A stretch of 64,000 nucleotides of DNA from an uncultured Deinococcaceae bacterium (GTDB lineage Bacteria; Deinococcota; Deinococci; Deinococcales; Deinococcaceae), in contig CAVQOU010000001.1 in NCBI GenBank assembly GCA_963714515.1, positions 205,637 to 269,636 on the forward strand, in the 5' to 3' direction. This document shows positions 36,695-47,821 of this stretch, one piece after another (position 1 is the stretch's first letter; every line of letters starts with the position of its first letter). The translations under genes were made by a program, and so were the position numbers. Below the pieces are notes generated by a model. It saw nothing but the letters and a program-made list of their open reading frames with translations, did not search any database and was not told the DNA's origin.

Positions 36695-37209
36695 CGGTGC
36701 TCCGTGTGTTGAAAGTGGGGTGGTGAAGTTGGGCAGCGGCGGCCAGCTGCTCCAGCTGAAGGGTCAGGTCATCCAGCGGCGGCCCGAGCGTGTGAAGGGT
36801 CGGCTGGGTCACGGCCTGAACCGTGGCCAGCGCCGAGGCCCACAGCGCCTGGCCCGAGGCCGTGACGCTCAGGTGCTGGCGGCGGGCGTTGCTGGAGTTC
36901 GATTCGGCGCTCAATCGCCAGCAGGCGGCTCAGGCGGCTAAGGGTGCGCGTCACCTCGTATTTGGGAATCACCATCTGCCGCGAAAGGTCGCTGGGCGAA
37001 CTCAGGCCGCCCTGGAGGTAGCTCAGCGCAATAAACGACCGCAAATCCAGATCGTGCTTCCGGACGAGTTCGGCGTTGACCCGCTCGCTCAGCACCTGCC
37101 ACAGCGTCCAGTAGGTATTCAGGAAACGCAGGGGCTGCTGGGTTAAGTCAAGCGGCGCGGGCTGAGCTCCAGCTTCCGGGGTATGGATTTGTCGTTCTAC
37201 GTCAGCCAC
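36675..37209 (-). CDS. MarR family regulator; frameshift near 36900, ends uncertain
   Basis: Winged-helix pattern SPSDLS...VTRTL..L....IERR then NARR...VTASG in the next frame; precedes P450. Confidence 0.75.
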
Positions 37210-37293
37210 AGTTGCATTCTGCAACCAAAGCATGAGAAGCCCCAACAGGCCGCTCAAATCCACAGCGGCAGAGCAACACCCCGTCACCTTCCG

Positions 37294-37322
37294 TTGACGC
37301 CATGTCGCCCATTCTTTACACT
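37294..37322 (+). promoter_or_regulatory. Sigma70 promoter of the molybdate operon (leaderless)
   Basis: TTGACG-N17-TACACT-N6-GTG(37329). Confidence 0.7.
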
Positions 37323-37328
37323 TCGGAC

Positions 37329-38450
37329 GTGACATCTCAGCAACAACGGATGAGACTCTCGGCGGTTCGGTCGCGCCGCGAGTGCCTGGGCCTCGGGCCG
37401 TCCGAGCTGGCCCGCCGCGCCGGGATGACCCGTCAGGCGCTGCACCGCATAGAGACCGGCGCGTACCTGCCGAGCGTGCTGGTGGCCCTGCACCTGGCGC
37501 GGGCGCTGTCGTGCCGGGTGGAGGACCTGTTCAGGCTGGAGGGGGAAGGAGCGCCGGTTCACCTCATCGGCGAGGCGGTGGTGGGCCAGCGGCTGCAACT
37601 CGCCCGCGTGGGCGAGCGGCTGTGCGCGTATCCGCTGCTGGGAGTGGGGGCCCTCTCGGCGTCGGCCGACGCCCTCTTACAAGCGCCGTTGCCGAATGGT
37701 CTGGCTCAGGTCGAGCCGCTGACGCCCGCGCCGCGCTGGAACGAAACGGCGGTGCTGTGCGGCTGCGATCCTTCGCTGTCGCTGCTCGTCCGCCACGCCG
37801 CGCCCCAGCGGATTTTGCTGCGCTCCGCCGTGAGTGAGCGCTCCCTGGCGGCGCTGGTCAGTGGTGAGGCCCACGCGGCGGGCCTGCACCTTTACGATCC
37901 GCTCAGCGGCGAGTCCAACCTGCTGTTTGTGGCGGCGGCGTTGCCGGGTCAGGTCGTTCACGTCTACCGCCTGTGGAGCTGGGAACAGGGCCTGATCGTG
38001 CGGGCGGGCAATCCGCTAGGTCTTATGGCAGTGGGTGATCTGGCCCGCCCGGGTGTGCGCCTCGCCAACCGTCCTCCCGGCGCAGGCTCGCGGCGGCTGC
38101 TCGACCACTGGCTGGGGGAAGCGGGCCTGAACCCGGACCAGCTTTGCGGTTACGCCTCGCAGTGGGCCACCCCGCTGGACCTCGCGGAGGCGGTGGCGCA
38201 CGGACAGGCCGATGTGGGCGTGGGGCCGCGCTCGGCGGCGCAGGCGCACGGATTGGGATTCGTGCCGCTGCTGCGCGAGCGTTTTGATCTGGTGGTGCCG
38301 GACCTTCACCTCGCGCACCCCGGCGTGCAAGCCCTCTTGCAGGCGGCCCGCTCGCCGACCCTCCGCACCGAACTCGCCGCGCTGGGCGGCTACCATCCGG
38401 CCCAGTCCGGCTCCTTCATTGCCACCCTCACGCCCACAAGGAGCGCTTAA
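37329..38450 (+). CDS. XRE-type HTH fused to a molybdate-binding PBP-superfamily domain (putative Mo regulator)
   Basis: ELARRAGMTRQAL..IETG.Y.PS; GCDP, AHAAGLHL, WEQGL, NR..GAGSR.LLD, GLGFVPL..ERFDLV. Confidence 0.85.
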   Translation: MTSQQQRMRLSAVRSRRECLGLGPSELARRAGMTRQALHRIETGAYLPSVLVALHLARALSCRVEDLFRLEGEGAPVHLIGEAVVGQRLQLARVGERLCAYPLLGVGALSASADALLQAPLPNGLAQVEPLTPAPRWNETAVLCGCDPSLSLLVRHAAPQRILLRSAVSERSLAALVSGEAHAAGLHLYDPLSGESNLLFVAAALPGQVVHVYRLWSWEQGLIVRAGNPLGLMAVGDLARPGVRLANRPPGAGSRRLLDHWLGEAGLNPDQLCGYASQWATPLDLAEAVAHGQADVGVGPRSAAQAHGLGFVPLLRERFDLVVPDLHLAHPGVQALLQAARSPTLRTELAALGGYHPAQSGSFIATLTPTRSA

Positions 38451-38453
38451 CCG

Positions 38454-39212
38454 ATGACCAACCGTTTCTGGCTCACCTTACTGGCTCTGACGCTCCCGAC
38501 AGCGTCCGCCGCCAAGCTCACCGTCTTCGCGGCGGCCAGCCTCACCGACGCCTTCAGCGAGATCGGGCGGCAGTTTGACGCCGCGTCGGGCAACACCACC
38601 GTGTTTCAGTTTGCCGGGTCGCAGGCGCTGCGCACCCAGCTGGAGCAGGGGGCACGAGCCGACGTGTTCGCCAGCGCCAACAGCGCCCAGTACGATCCAT
38701 TGGTGAAGGGAGGTCAACTCGGCCCGGCCCAGGTGTTTGCCCGCAACCGCTTGGTGGTCATTGCGCCCAAACACAGTGCGGCGGTCAGGACGCTCGCCGA
38801 TCTGGCCCGCCCCGGCGTCAAGCTGGTGCTGGCCGACAAAACGGTGCCGGTGGGCGACTACACCCGCAAAACGCTGGACCTGATTGCCAAAGCTGGAACC
38901 TACGGCGCGGACTTCAGCGCCCGCGTCCTGAAAAACGTCGTCAGCGAGGAACCCAATGTGCGGCAGGTGGCGGTCAAGATTCAGCTCGGTCAGGGCGACG
39001 CGGCGGTGGTCTACGCCAGCGACGTGACCCCCAGCCTCAAGCCCGACGTGCGGATCATCGGCCTGCCCACCCGCTTCAATCCGCTGACGAGCTATCCCAT
39101 CGGCGTCCTCAAGGGCGGGAATGCGGCGCAGGGACAGGCCTTCGTGAACTTTGTGCTCTCCAGTGACGGCCAAAAAATCCTGAAGAAGTGGGGCTTCGTG
39201 GGTGCCAGGTGA
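38454..39212 (+). CDS. modA: Molybdate ABC substrate-binding protein
   Basis: VFAAASL, FAGS..L..Q..QGA.ADVFASAN, VPVG.Y, VYASD. Confidence 0.93.
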   Translation: MTNRFWLTLLALTLPTASAAKLTVFAAASLTDAFSEIGRQFDAASGNTTVFQFAGSQALRTQLEQGARADVFASANSAQYDPLVKGGQLGPAQVFARNRLVVIAPKHSAAVRTLADLARPGVKLVLADKTVPVGDYTRKTLDLIAKAGTYGADFSARVLKNVVSEEPNVRQVAVKIQLGQGDAAVVYASDVTPSLKPDVRIIGLPTRFNPLTSYPIGVLKGGNAAQGQAFVNFVLSSDGQKILKKWGFVGAR

Positions 39213-39267
39213 AGGGATGAACGTCAACGCCTCAGCGCAACCCCGCGGGCGACTGGGTCAGTAATCG

Positions 39268-40059
39268 GTGCCCCGCGCCCGCGTCCACCCCCTGCCCCTG
39301 GTGCTCAGCGCCGTGCTGGCGGCTTTTCTGCTGCTGCCGACGCTGACTTTGTTGCTGCGCGGCCTCAGCGCCGACTTTCTCCCCACGTTGCTCAGCCCGG
39401 TGGTCACCGATGCCCTGCGGGTCAGTGTGCTGACTTCTGGAGCCAGCTTGCTGCTGACTGTCCTGTTCGGCACGCCCGCCGCCTGGCTGCTCTCGCGGCG
39501 GCGCTTCAGGGGCCACGCCCTGCTCGAAACGCTGCTCGATTTGCCGATCACCCTGCCCCCGGTGGTGGCGGGCGTGGCGCTGCTGCTGGCCTTCGGCTCG
39601 CGGGGCGTGCTGGGCCGTCCGCTGGAACTGGCGGGCATTGACCTGGCCTTTTCTCCGGCGGCGGTGGTGCTGGCGCTGCTGTTTACCAGCGCTCCCTTTT
39701 ATATTCGCGCCGCCAGAGCGGGCTTCTCGGCCTACGACCCCGACGTTGAGTCGGCGGCGCGGGTGGACGGCGCGGGCGAGCGCGGCGTGTTTTTTCAAGT
39801 CACCTTGCCGCTGGCCCTGCCGTTCCTACTTGAAGGCATGGTGCTGGCCTGGGCGCGGGCACTGGGCGAATTCGGGGCCACCATCTTGTTCGCCGGTTCC
39901 CTTCAGGGCCAGACCCGCACCATCACGCTGGCGATCTACTCCGCGATGGAGAGCGATTTAAAACCCGCGCTGGTGCTGAGCGCCGTCATGGTGGTGTTCG
40001 CCTTCGGGCTGCTGCTGCTGGTGCGCCTGCTGGCGGGGCGGACCCGGCTGGGTTCCTGA
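39268..40059 (+). CDS. modB: Molybdate ABC permease
   Basis: LP..LPPVVAG.ALL, WARALGEFGATI.FAG, T.T..LAIY. Confidence 0.92.
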   Translation: MPRARVHPLPLVLSAVLAAFLLLPTLTLLLRGLSADFLPTLLSPVVTDALRVSVLTSGASLLLTVLFGTPAAWLLSRRRFRGHALLETLLDLPITLPPVVAGVALLLAFGSRGVLGRPLELAGIDLAFSPAAVVLALLFTSAPFYIRAARAGFSAYDPDVESAARVDGAGERGVFFQVTLPLALPFLLEGMVLAWARALGEFGATILFAGSLQGQTRTITLAIYSAMESDLKPALVLSAVMVVFAFGLLLLVRLLAGRTRLGS

Positions 40060-40085
40060 CCTGAGTCTTTGACGCTGCGGCGGGT

Positions 40086-40427
40086 TCAGTCGGCGGCGTG
40101 GCCGAGCAGCTGCGGCGCGGGCCGGGCCGCCCTGCGCGGCTGCCCGAGCGCTTCGATGCCCACCGAGCGCAGGTCGCGCTGCAACTCGGCCCAGTCGCCT
40201 CCGACCAGCGGCAAGGCTTCCAAGGTGGCGTCACCCAGGCGGGCGGTCGTCCACAGGCGGGTGCGCCAGTGGGGCAGGCGGCGGGTCAGATCTGCCGCGC
40301 TCGGCTGGGGCGTGGGCAGCAGCACTTCCACAAACAAGCTGCCGAAGACCTGGCGGAGCTGATCCGGTGAAGGCACCGGGGCCGGGGCCGGGCAGGCCGC
40401 TGTAACTGTAAAAGGCGTCGTGAACAT
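40086..40427 (-). CDS. Small hypothetical protein divergent from LysR
   Basis: 113 aa, AGGAGG RBS, fills the gap between modB and lysR. Confidence 0.6.
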   Translation of the reverse strand: MFTTPFTVTAACPAPAPVPSPDQLRQVFGSLFVEVLLPTPQPSAADLTRRLPHWRTRLWTTARLGDATLEALPLVGGDWAELQRDLRSVGIEALGQPRRAARPAPQLLGHAAD

Positions 40428-40506
40428 GGTAAACCTCCTGCCCTCAGCCTGCGCTTCAGGGGGCGGGTCTGACCATCGGCTGGAACGGGCTCAACGCCGC
40501 TGGGTC

Positions 40507-40521
40507 ATCGGCAAATCCGAT
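40507..40521. promoter_or_regulatory. LysR box ATCGG-N5-CCGAT (T-N11-A)
   Basis: Inverted repeat in the divergent intergenic region next to lysR. Confidence 0.6.
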
Positions 40522-40553
40522 CAAGGGGCGGCGCGGGTGGTTTAGACTGCCGT

Positions 40554-41469
40554 ATGACGCCCCGCCTGACGCTGGCCCAACTTCGCGTTTTTGTCGCTGT
40601 CGCAGAAGCCGGCAGTTTCGGCGCGGCGGCCGCCGACCTGGACATGTCGCAGAGCAGCCTCAGCGAGGGCGTGCAGGGTCTGGAGCGGGTCGTGGGGCGG
40701 CCCCTGCTGCGCCGCACCCCGGCGGGCATTCAGCTCACCGAGGCGGGCGAACGCGCCCTGGAACATGCCCGGCGCATCCTCGGCGCAGCGGGCGACTTGC
40801 TGCTGGCCGTCGACGAGGTGGCCGCCCTGACCGGCACGCTCAAGGTTGCCACCTACCGCAGCCTCGGCGTGCACGTTCTGCCGCCGGTTTTGGCCGCCCT
40901 GCGCCGCCTTCATCCCCAGCTTGACGTGCGGGTCCTGGACGGTGAAAATGACGGCGAGGGCGGGCAGCGCTACGTGCAAGATGGCCGCGCCGACGTGGGC
41001 CTTTTGCAGCTCTCCGAGCATTCTCCGCTGTTGACCTGGCCGCTGCTCGAAGACGAGTATCTGGCGGTGTTTCCCGCCGCGCGGGGCCGCCAGCCGGTAT
41101 CGTGGGCCGAACTCACGGTCCAGCCGCTGCTGTTGCCGCCCTCGTTTCAGAGCTGCTATGTCAATGTCAAGACTTACCTGACCGAGCACATTGAGCCGCT
41201 CGGTCCCATTTCTGAAGGCATTGATGACGACGTGATCTTGTTCGATGGTCGAGCACGGGCTGGGCCTCAGCGTGCTGCCGCAACTGTCCATTGCGCCGCT
41301 GCGGCCGAGTTTGGTGGCGCTGCCGCTGCCGGTGCGCTTGTTCCGGACCCTCGGGGTGGCGGTCAAACCCGGCCGGGCGGGGCTGCCGCACATCCACGCT
41401 TTTATTGAGGCGCTGCGGGCCCACCGCGCTTCGGCGCTGGCGCTGGCGCAAACGGCGCGGTCCGCTTGA
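40554..41469 (+). CDS. LysR family regulator; frameshift near 41240
   Basis: QLRVFVAVAEAGSFGAAA..L.MSQSSLS, LTEAG; MVEHGLGLSVLP in the second frame. Confidence 0.9.
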
Positions 41470-41495
41470 CCACTGGCCTCCGCGTGGGGATGACC

Positions 41496-41522
41496 AAAAA
41501 AACCCCGGTTGAGGTTCCGGGG
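41496..41522 (-). terminator. Rho-independent terminator of htrA
   Basis: CCCCGG-N8-CCGGGG-T7 on the minus strand. Confidence 0.75.
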
Positions 41523-41542
41523 GACTTTCCTGGCCGCTGATT

Positions 41543-42907
<1,365 letters not shown>

Positions 42908-43265
42908 GAGTAAAGCCTCCTGATTCACTGTGAAGCCGTTCGGATGGTGCTGAACCGAAGTGTTGGACCTGACTGTTTAGCTTTTAAAAGGAACTTTAAA
43001 CTACTAAACCGTCTGCTATTACCATTAGATAATATCCGCCGTTAAAATCCAGATGAAAGTGAAGGAACTTAGATTGTGAGTTTATCTCGTAACCGTACAA
43101 ATCTGATGCCCAGATACTGCTCATTCTACGATGGGCTTAAATTGTGAAAACCTTTGCTTTGTTGTGTTCAGCCAATCACAACGAAATTGACTGCGCCTGC
43201 TTTATTGTGAAGCGCCAAAATGAAAGCATCTCAAGAATTGGTTGAGGAAGAAAAGAGAGCACGCC

Positions 43266-43300
43266 AAAATCCCCACTCCAGCGAGAAGCTGAGAGCGGGG
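43266..43300 (-). terminator. Probable terminator after the hypothetical secreted protein
   Basis: CCCCGCTCTCAGC...GCTGGAGTGGGG stem followed by ATTTT on the minus strand. Confidence 0.55.
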
Positions 43301-43319
43301 TATTGAGCTCAGGGCGTGA

Positions 43320-44496
43320 TTACAGTAAGCGCATCACGATGGGGCAGTTGACGATAATGCCGCTGGAGCCGAACTTCGTGCCGGCAGGACCAGTGATAAA
43401 GCCTTTTTGTACCAGCGAGAGGTACTGGAATTCGTTCGATAACCCTTGAGCGGTAGTCTTTGCTCACGGCGTTCGCCGTCCACTCGCCCACATTGACGTC
43501 CCACAGCGGGCTGTAATCGGTGGCGACGGTCGGAATGCCGCCGAGAACATTGAGCGGCCCATCTGGAGCTTTGTCACCCAGAGCGCTGTTCAGGCCCTGG
43601 CGCTGCGGATTGCCCAGGCCCATCGGCCCGTTGACGGTGGTAAAGAGGCGCTCTACCGCGCTGAATGCCCCGTCGTCTCGTCCCACCAGGATATCTTGCA
43701 GGCCCGGCGCGAGCGTCACATTTTCAAGGGACGCCACGGCGGCGTCGCTGGCTTCCAAGCTCAGGTACGACACCGGTTTGCCAAAGCTAAACCCCGGCGT
43801 CAGGGCCAACGTTACGGTTTGGTCGTTGGGGCAAATCTTGAGCACCTTGTCATGCACGAGGTCGTGGTTGACGCCGCCCTCACAGTTGTTGATTTGCTCA
43901 GCCTTGACATCAAAAGCCACGATGGGCGCGTTGTAGATGTGGCCGCCCGCGTTGGTGACTGAGATAATCGGGCTGTAGTCTTGGTCGCCGACGCCGCCGG
44001 GCTGAAAAGCTGTGGGCGGAAAGAAATTCGGCGCGTTGCCGGGGGTGACGGCGTGCTTGGGCGCAAAATCCACCGTGCCGCGTGAAAAGGTCAGGCTGCC
44101 GTCTTTCTCCAGTTTGGCTGGACGGGCCGAGCGTTCCGTATTGCCGTAGGTGAGTTTGGACGAGTAGTTGAGGCCCAGTGCGTTGGCGTTGCCCTGATCA
44201 TCGGTGTCGGTCAGGATGTACCACACCGAGCGTCCATCGTTCATCTGGCCTTTGTAGAGCGGCAAGGTGATGCTCTTGCCGTCGCTGCTGATCTTACCGG
44301 CCCTGAGCAGCAGCAGCGGCCCCACGAGCTCTTTCTGAAAGGTAGAGGGCGCTGGCCCCTGGTAATCCTGGCTGATATTGGAACCGATGGCCGAGGGCGG
44401 CGGCGTGATGTCACTGGCGTTTTGAGCCAAACTGCCGGAAACGGTGAGCGCCAAGCTGACGAGCAAAATACTGGGCAGTCTGGGTTGAATACTCAT
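43320..44496 (-). CDS. Secreted hypothetical protein; frameshift near 43430, probable true end ...IVNCPIVMRLL
   Basis: AGGAGG RBS, signal peptide, long ORF with DYSPI/DYSPLW and NAP/NCP motifs. Confidence 0.75.
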
Positions 44497-44746
44497 GTGG
44501 GGCCTCCTGAAGGCACAGCGGCGGCGTTGTCGGTGCCCCTGGCTGGGGGCGCTCCGACGTTCTGGATGGGCTTTAAGAATTTGTTCTTGACCGGTCTTAG
44601 TGAGAGATACGCAGCTGTTCAGGGGAAAGTTCAAGTTGATTTACTTTTGACCGAGCTTTGACCGGGTGAGTTGCAAGCTAAAAGCGTGCCAGACGCTCCG
44701 CCCAGTTCAGTCCCTCACAGCGGCGCGGCGGCACAGGAGGAACCAC

Positions 44747-44998
44747 ATGTCCAGAACAGAGCAAACCAAGCGCCGTCTCCTTAACCTCGCCACTGCCGCC
44801 GTTCTCGTTTCCAGCTTGAGCATGGGCGGTCAGGTCAGTGCCCTTCCCAACACGGGCGGCGGCACCGGCGGCACCGGCCCGATTGTCATCTCGCCCACCG
44901 GCTGCGAAACCCACTGCTCGTATTTCATCGTGTGGGTGACCTTTGGCGGCTTCCGCTTTCCAGTCCTGAAGAAAGTGTGCAGCCAGGTCTGTTATTAG
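44747..44998 (+). CDS. 83-aa secreted Cys-rich peptide (predicted two-disulfide beta-hairpin)
   Basis: AGGAGG RBS, signal peptide ending VSA, Gly linker, CxxxC-x20-CxxxC, host-like codon usage, own terminator. Confidence 0.8.
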   Translation: MSRTEQTKRRLLNLATAAVLVSSLSMGGQVSALPNTGGGTGGTGPIVISPTGCETHCSYFIVWVTFGGFRFPVLKKVCSQVCY

Positions 44999-45012
44999 GC
45001 CGCCTGACCACG

Positions 45013-45050
45013 AAGCGGGAGCGCTGAGATGATCGGCGCTCCCGCTTTTT
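45013..45050 (+). terminator. Rho-independent terminator after the peptide gene
   Basis: AAGCGGGAGCGC...GCGCTCCCGCTT followed by a T run. Confidence 0.8.
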
Positions 45051-45073
45051 ACGGCTCTTCATGTTGCCCGCCG

Positions 45074-46342
45074 TTACTGCGGGCCGTCTACCCAGCGGCC
45101 TTCTCGCATTACCGCCACCCGGCGACCACCTGCGCTCAGGGCCGTGACCTGAAGCTGCGGCGAGCCCACCATGAAGTCCAGATGCAGCTGGCTGTGGTTG
45201 CCGCCCGCCGCCTGAAACTCGGCCAGTCCCAGCTCGGCTCCGCCCCTGAGCGTCACCGGGTAGGCCCGCCCCAGCGCCAGATGACACGAGGCGTTCTCGT
45301 CGATCAGGGTGCTGTAGAAGGTGCGGTGTTCGCTGGAGACCAGGCTCCCCTCGCTGACCAGTGCCACCTCGCCGAGACGCGCCGCGCCCTCGTCGGTGCT
45401 GAGCAGTTGCCGCAAGGTGGCTTCGCCGCCGGGACAGCGCAGGTCAGTGACCCGCCCTCCTGCAAAGGTCAGGTCCAGTTCCTCGATCAGTTGCCCGTGA
45501 ATGACCAGCGGACGGGTCATGCGCACCCGCCCTTCGGTTAGGAGGCGGTGCGGCAGGGTGGAGATTTCCTCGGTGGGCATGTTGGGAACGCCGCGCAGGC
45601 CGAGCGTGCTGGGCACCAGCGGCCCGAACCACTGGTGGGCGTCCGGCAGACCGACTCGCAAATCGGTGCCGGGACCCTCAAAGTGCAGTTCGCGGATCTG
45701 AAGGGCGTCTAAGGCCGCGCAGCGCTGCATCAACTGAGCCGCGTGGGTCTGCCAGGCCTGCGCCGGATCGGGCGTATCGAGCCGCATCAGCCGCGTCAGC
45801 ACTTCCCAGAGCCACGCCAGCGCCGCCTCTGCCGAGAGGTCGGGGCGCAGCAACTTGGCCCAGGCCGGGGTCGCCACCGCCATGACCGACCAGTTGAACT
45901 GCACCCTTGAGCGCCGCATGCCGTAACTCTCCAGCGCGGCGTTGCGGGCGGCGGCGGCCAGACCCGCCCGCTCGCCCATCTCCCGCTCACCCAGTCCCCG
46001 CTCGCCCAGCCCACTCCCCGCCGAGTGGGGTTGCGGCGCGTGCAGGCTGAGCATCGGCTGGCCCGCCTCGGCGTGGGCATTGAGCGCCTGGGCGGTCCAG
46101 GCCGGAAAGGTGCCCAGGCGCTCCAGCGGGGCGTGCTGCACCTTCAGGCTGCCCGCATAGGCGTCTTCATAGAGGAGCTCCACGTCGGCGGCCCCCACCC
46201 CATAAGCGGCCTGGGCAATGGCCTGGGCGGCCAGGTAAGCTTCGGGCGGGCTGACGATCAGCAGGTGTTGATCCGGCTGAACCGGCACGGCGACCCGCAC
46301 CGCCAACTCGGCGTAGCGGCGGTAAAACGCTTGATCCGGCAT
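45074..46342 (-). CDS. M29 aminopeptidase (AmpS/PepS/AmpT family)
   Basis: NMPTEE, LGEVALV, TLIDENASCHLALG.AY, N.S..HLDFM. Confidence 0.92.
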   Translation of the reverse strand: MPDQAFYRRYAELAVRVAVPVQPDQHLLIVSPPEAYLAAQAIAQAAYGVGAADVELLYEDAYAGSLKVQHAPLERLGTFPAWTAQALNAHAEAGQPMLSLHAPQPHSAGSGLGERGLGEREMGERAGLAAAARNAALESYGMRRSRVQFNWSVMAVATPAWAKLLRPDLSAEAALAWLWEVLTRLMRLDTPDPAQAWQTHAAQLMQRCAALDALQIRELHFEGPGTDLRVGLPDAHQWFGPLVPSTLGLRGVPNMPTEEISTLPHRLLTEGRVRMTRPLVIHGQLIEELDLTFAGGRVTDLRCPGGEATLRQLLSTDEGAARLGEVALVSEGSLVSSEHRTFYSTLIDENASCHLALGRAYPVTLRGGAELGLAEFQAAGGNHSQLHLDFMVGSPQLQVTALSAGGRRVAVMREGRWVDGPQ

Positions 46343-46353
46343 GCGGGGTTCCT

Positions 46354-46944
46354 TTACACCAGTCTCGGCGGCGTGCTCATGGTCAGGATACGGGCGGTGG
46401 CCTTGCCCGCGTTGCCCAGGCGGTGCGGCAGGGCGCAGGGATAATAGGCGCTGTCACCGGAGCGCAGGGTGCGGGTGGGGGCGTCGTGGACGCTGAGCTG
46501 AATCTCGCCCTCCAGGACGTACACGAATTCTTCTCCGGCGTGCCCGGTGTCGTTGCGGTGCTCGGTGGCCGGCTCAAGGGTCAGCAGCACCGGCTGGATT
46601 TTTTGCAGCAAGCTGTTAAACAAGACCTCAACCTGGATGCCGGGGCTGAGTTCCACGGTGCGCGGGGCCTCACCCCGGCGCACGATCTTGAGGAAGTCGG
46701 CGCGGCGCTCGTCCGGCAACAAATCGGCGGCGCTCAGGTGAAAGGCGGCCGCCACCCGTTGCAGCAGCGTGGACGAAACGTCGGTCTGACCGCGCTCGAG
46801 CATGCTCAGAAAGCTGCGCGAGCAGTTGGCGGCGTCGGCCAGTTGTTGCAAGGTCATCCCGCGTGCTTGGCGCAGCGCCCGCAGCCGTTCGCCGAGGTGC
46901 AGGCGTTCGGGGGGCAGACGATCAGGGAGCGCTTTACTGTTCAC
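46354..46944 (-). CDS. XRE-family HTH + cupin regulator (PuuR-like)
   Basis: LRALRQARGMTLQQLA...SFLS.LERG; H.GEEFVYVLEG, GDS.YY....PH. Confidence 0.9.
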   Translation of the reverse strand: MNSKALPDRLPPERLHLGERLRALRQARGMTLQQLADAANCSRSFLSMLERGQTDVSSTLLQRVAAAFHLSAADLLPDERRADFLKIVRRGEAPRTVELSPGIQVEVLFNSLLQKIQPVLLTLEPATEHRNDTGHAGEEFVYVLEGEIQLSVHDAPTRTLRSGDSAYYPCALPHRLGNAGKATARILTMSTPPRLV

Positions 46945-47821
46945 GCGGGTTGAAGGTGTCACGCAGTCCATCTCCTAGAAAGTTGATTGCCAGTACTGTA
47001 CCCAGTATGGCCGCGCCGGACGGCAACCACAGCCACGGCTGGGATTGCAAGACCGTGATGGTGCGGGCGTCCGAGAGCATATTGCCCCACGACGCCACCG
47101 GCTGCTGCACGCCCAGGCCCAGAAACGACAGGGCACTCTCGGTCAAGATCGCCTCGGCCACGCCCAGGGTGGTCTGCACGATGATCGGCGCGGCGGCGTT
47201 GGGCAGGATGTGGCGAAACATGATGCGCGGGTCGCCCGCTCCCAGAGCGCTGGCCGCCTCGACGTATTCCAGGTGGCGCAGCTTGAGCGTCTCGCCGCGC
47301 ATCAGCCGGTAGGTCGGCACCCAGCTCAGCAGCCCGATCACCGTGACGGTCGTGAACAAGCTGGGCTTGACGAAACTGGAGACCGTCAGAATGAGGAACA
47401 AGCTGGGAAAGGCCGCCACCGCGTCGGTAAAGCGCGACAACACAGTGTCGGTCCAGCCGCCCCGGAACCCCGCGATGACGCCCAGCACCACGCCAATCAC
47501 CAGCGCCAGCAGCGCCGCGCTGATGCCGATGGTCAGCGAGACCCGGGTGCCGAACATCAGGCGCGAGAGCACGTCGCGCCCCAGGGTGTCGGTGCCGAGC
47601 CAGAATTCGGCGCTGGGCGGACTGGCAAACTGGATGGTGCCGCTGGGACTCGTCGCCAGATTGTAAGGATCGTAGGGAGCCAGGATGGGCGCAAACACCC
47701 CCACCAGGATCAGCAGGGCCAGCACCACCACGCTGATGACGGCCAGCCGGTGCCGGGTAAAGCGCCCCAGACTGCGCCCACGCCCAGGCCGCAGGCGCGG
47801 TAAGACCGGCGCGGCGTTCAC
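46934..47821 (-). CDS. Oligopeptide ABC permease (OppC-like)
   Basis: WLGTDTLGRD, YVEAASALGA, ESALSFLGLG, NFLGDGLRD. Confidence 0.93.
   Translation of the reverse strand: MNAAPVLPRLRPGRGRSLGRFTRHRLAVISVVVLALLILVGVFAPILAPYDPYNLATSPSGTIQFASPPSAEFWLGTDTLGRDVLSRLMFGTRVSLTIGISAALLALVIGVVLGVIAGFRGGWTDTVLSRFTDAVAAFPSLFLILTVSSFVKPSLFTTVTVIGLLSWVPTYRLMRGETLKLRHLEYVEAASALGAGDPRIMFRHILPNAAAPIIVQTTLGVAEAILTESALSFLGLGVQQPVASWGNMLSDARTITVLQSQPWLWLPSGAAILGTVLAINFLGDGLRDTFNPREQ

Noticed and set aside
44747-44998. Double-glycine bacteriocin, lanthipeptide or sactipeptide precursor
   Set aside because: Leader looks like an export signal peptide, not an ELxxxxGG leader; no PCAT, LanB/C/M or radical SAM gene in the window
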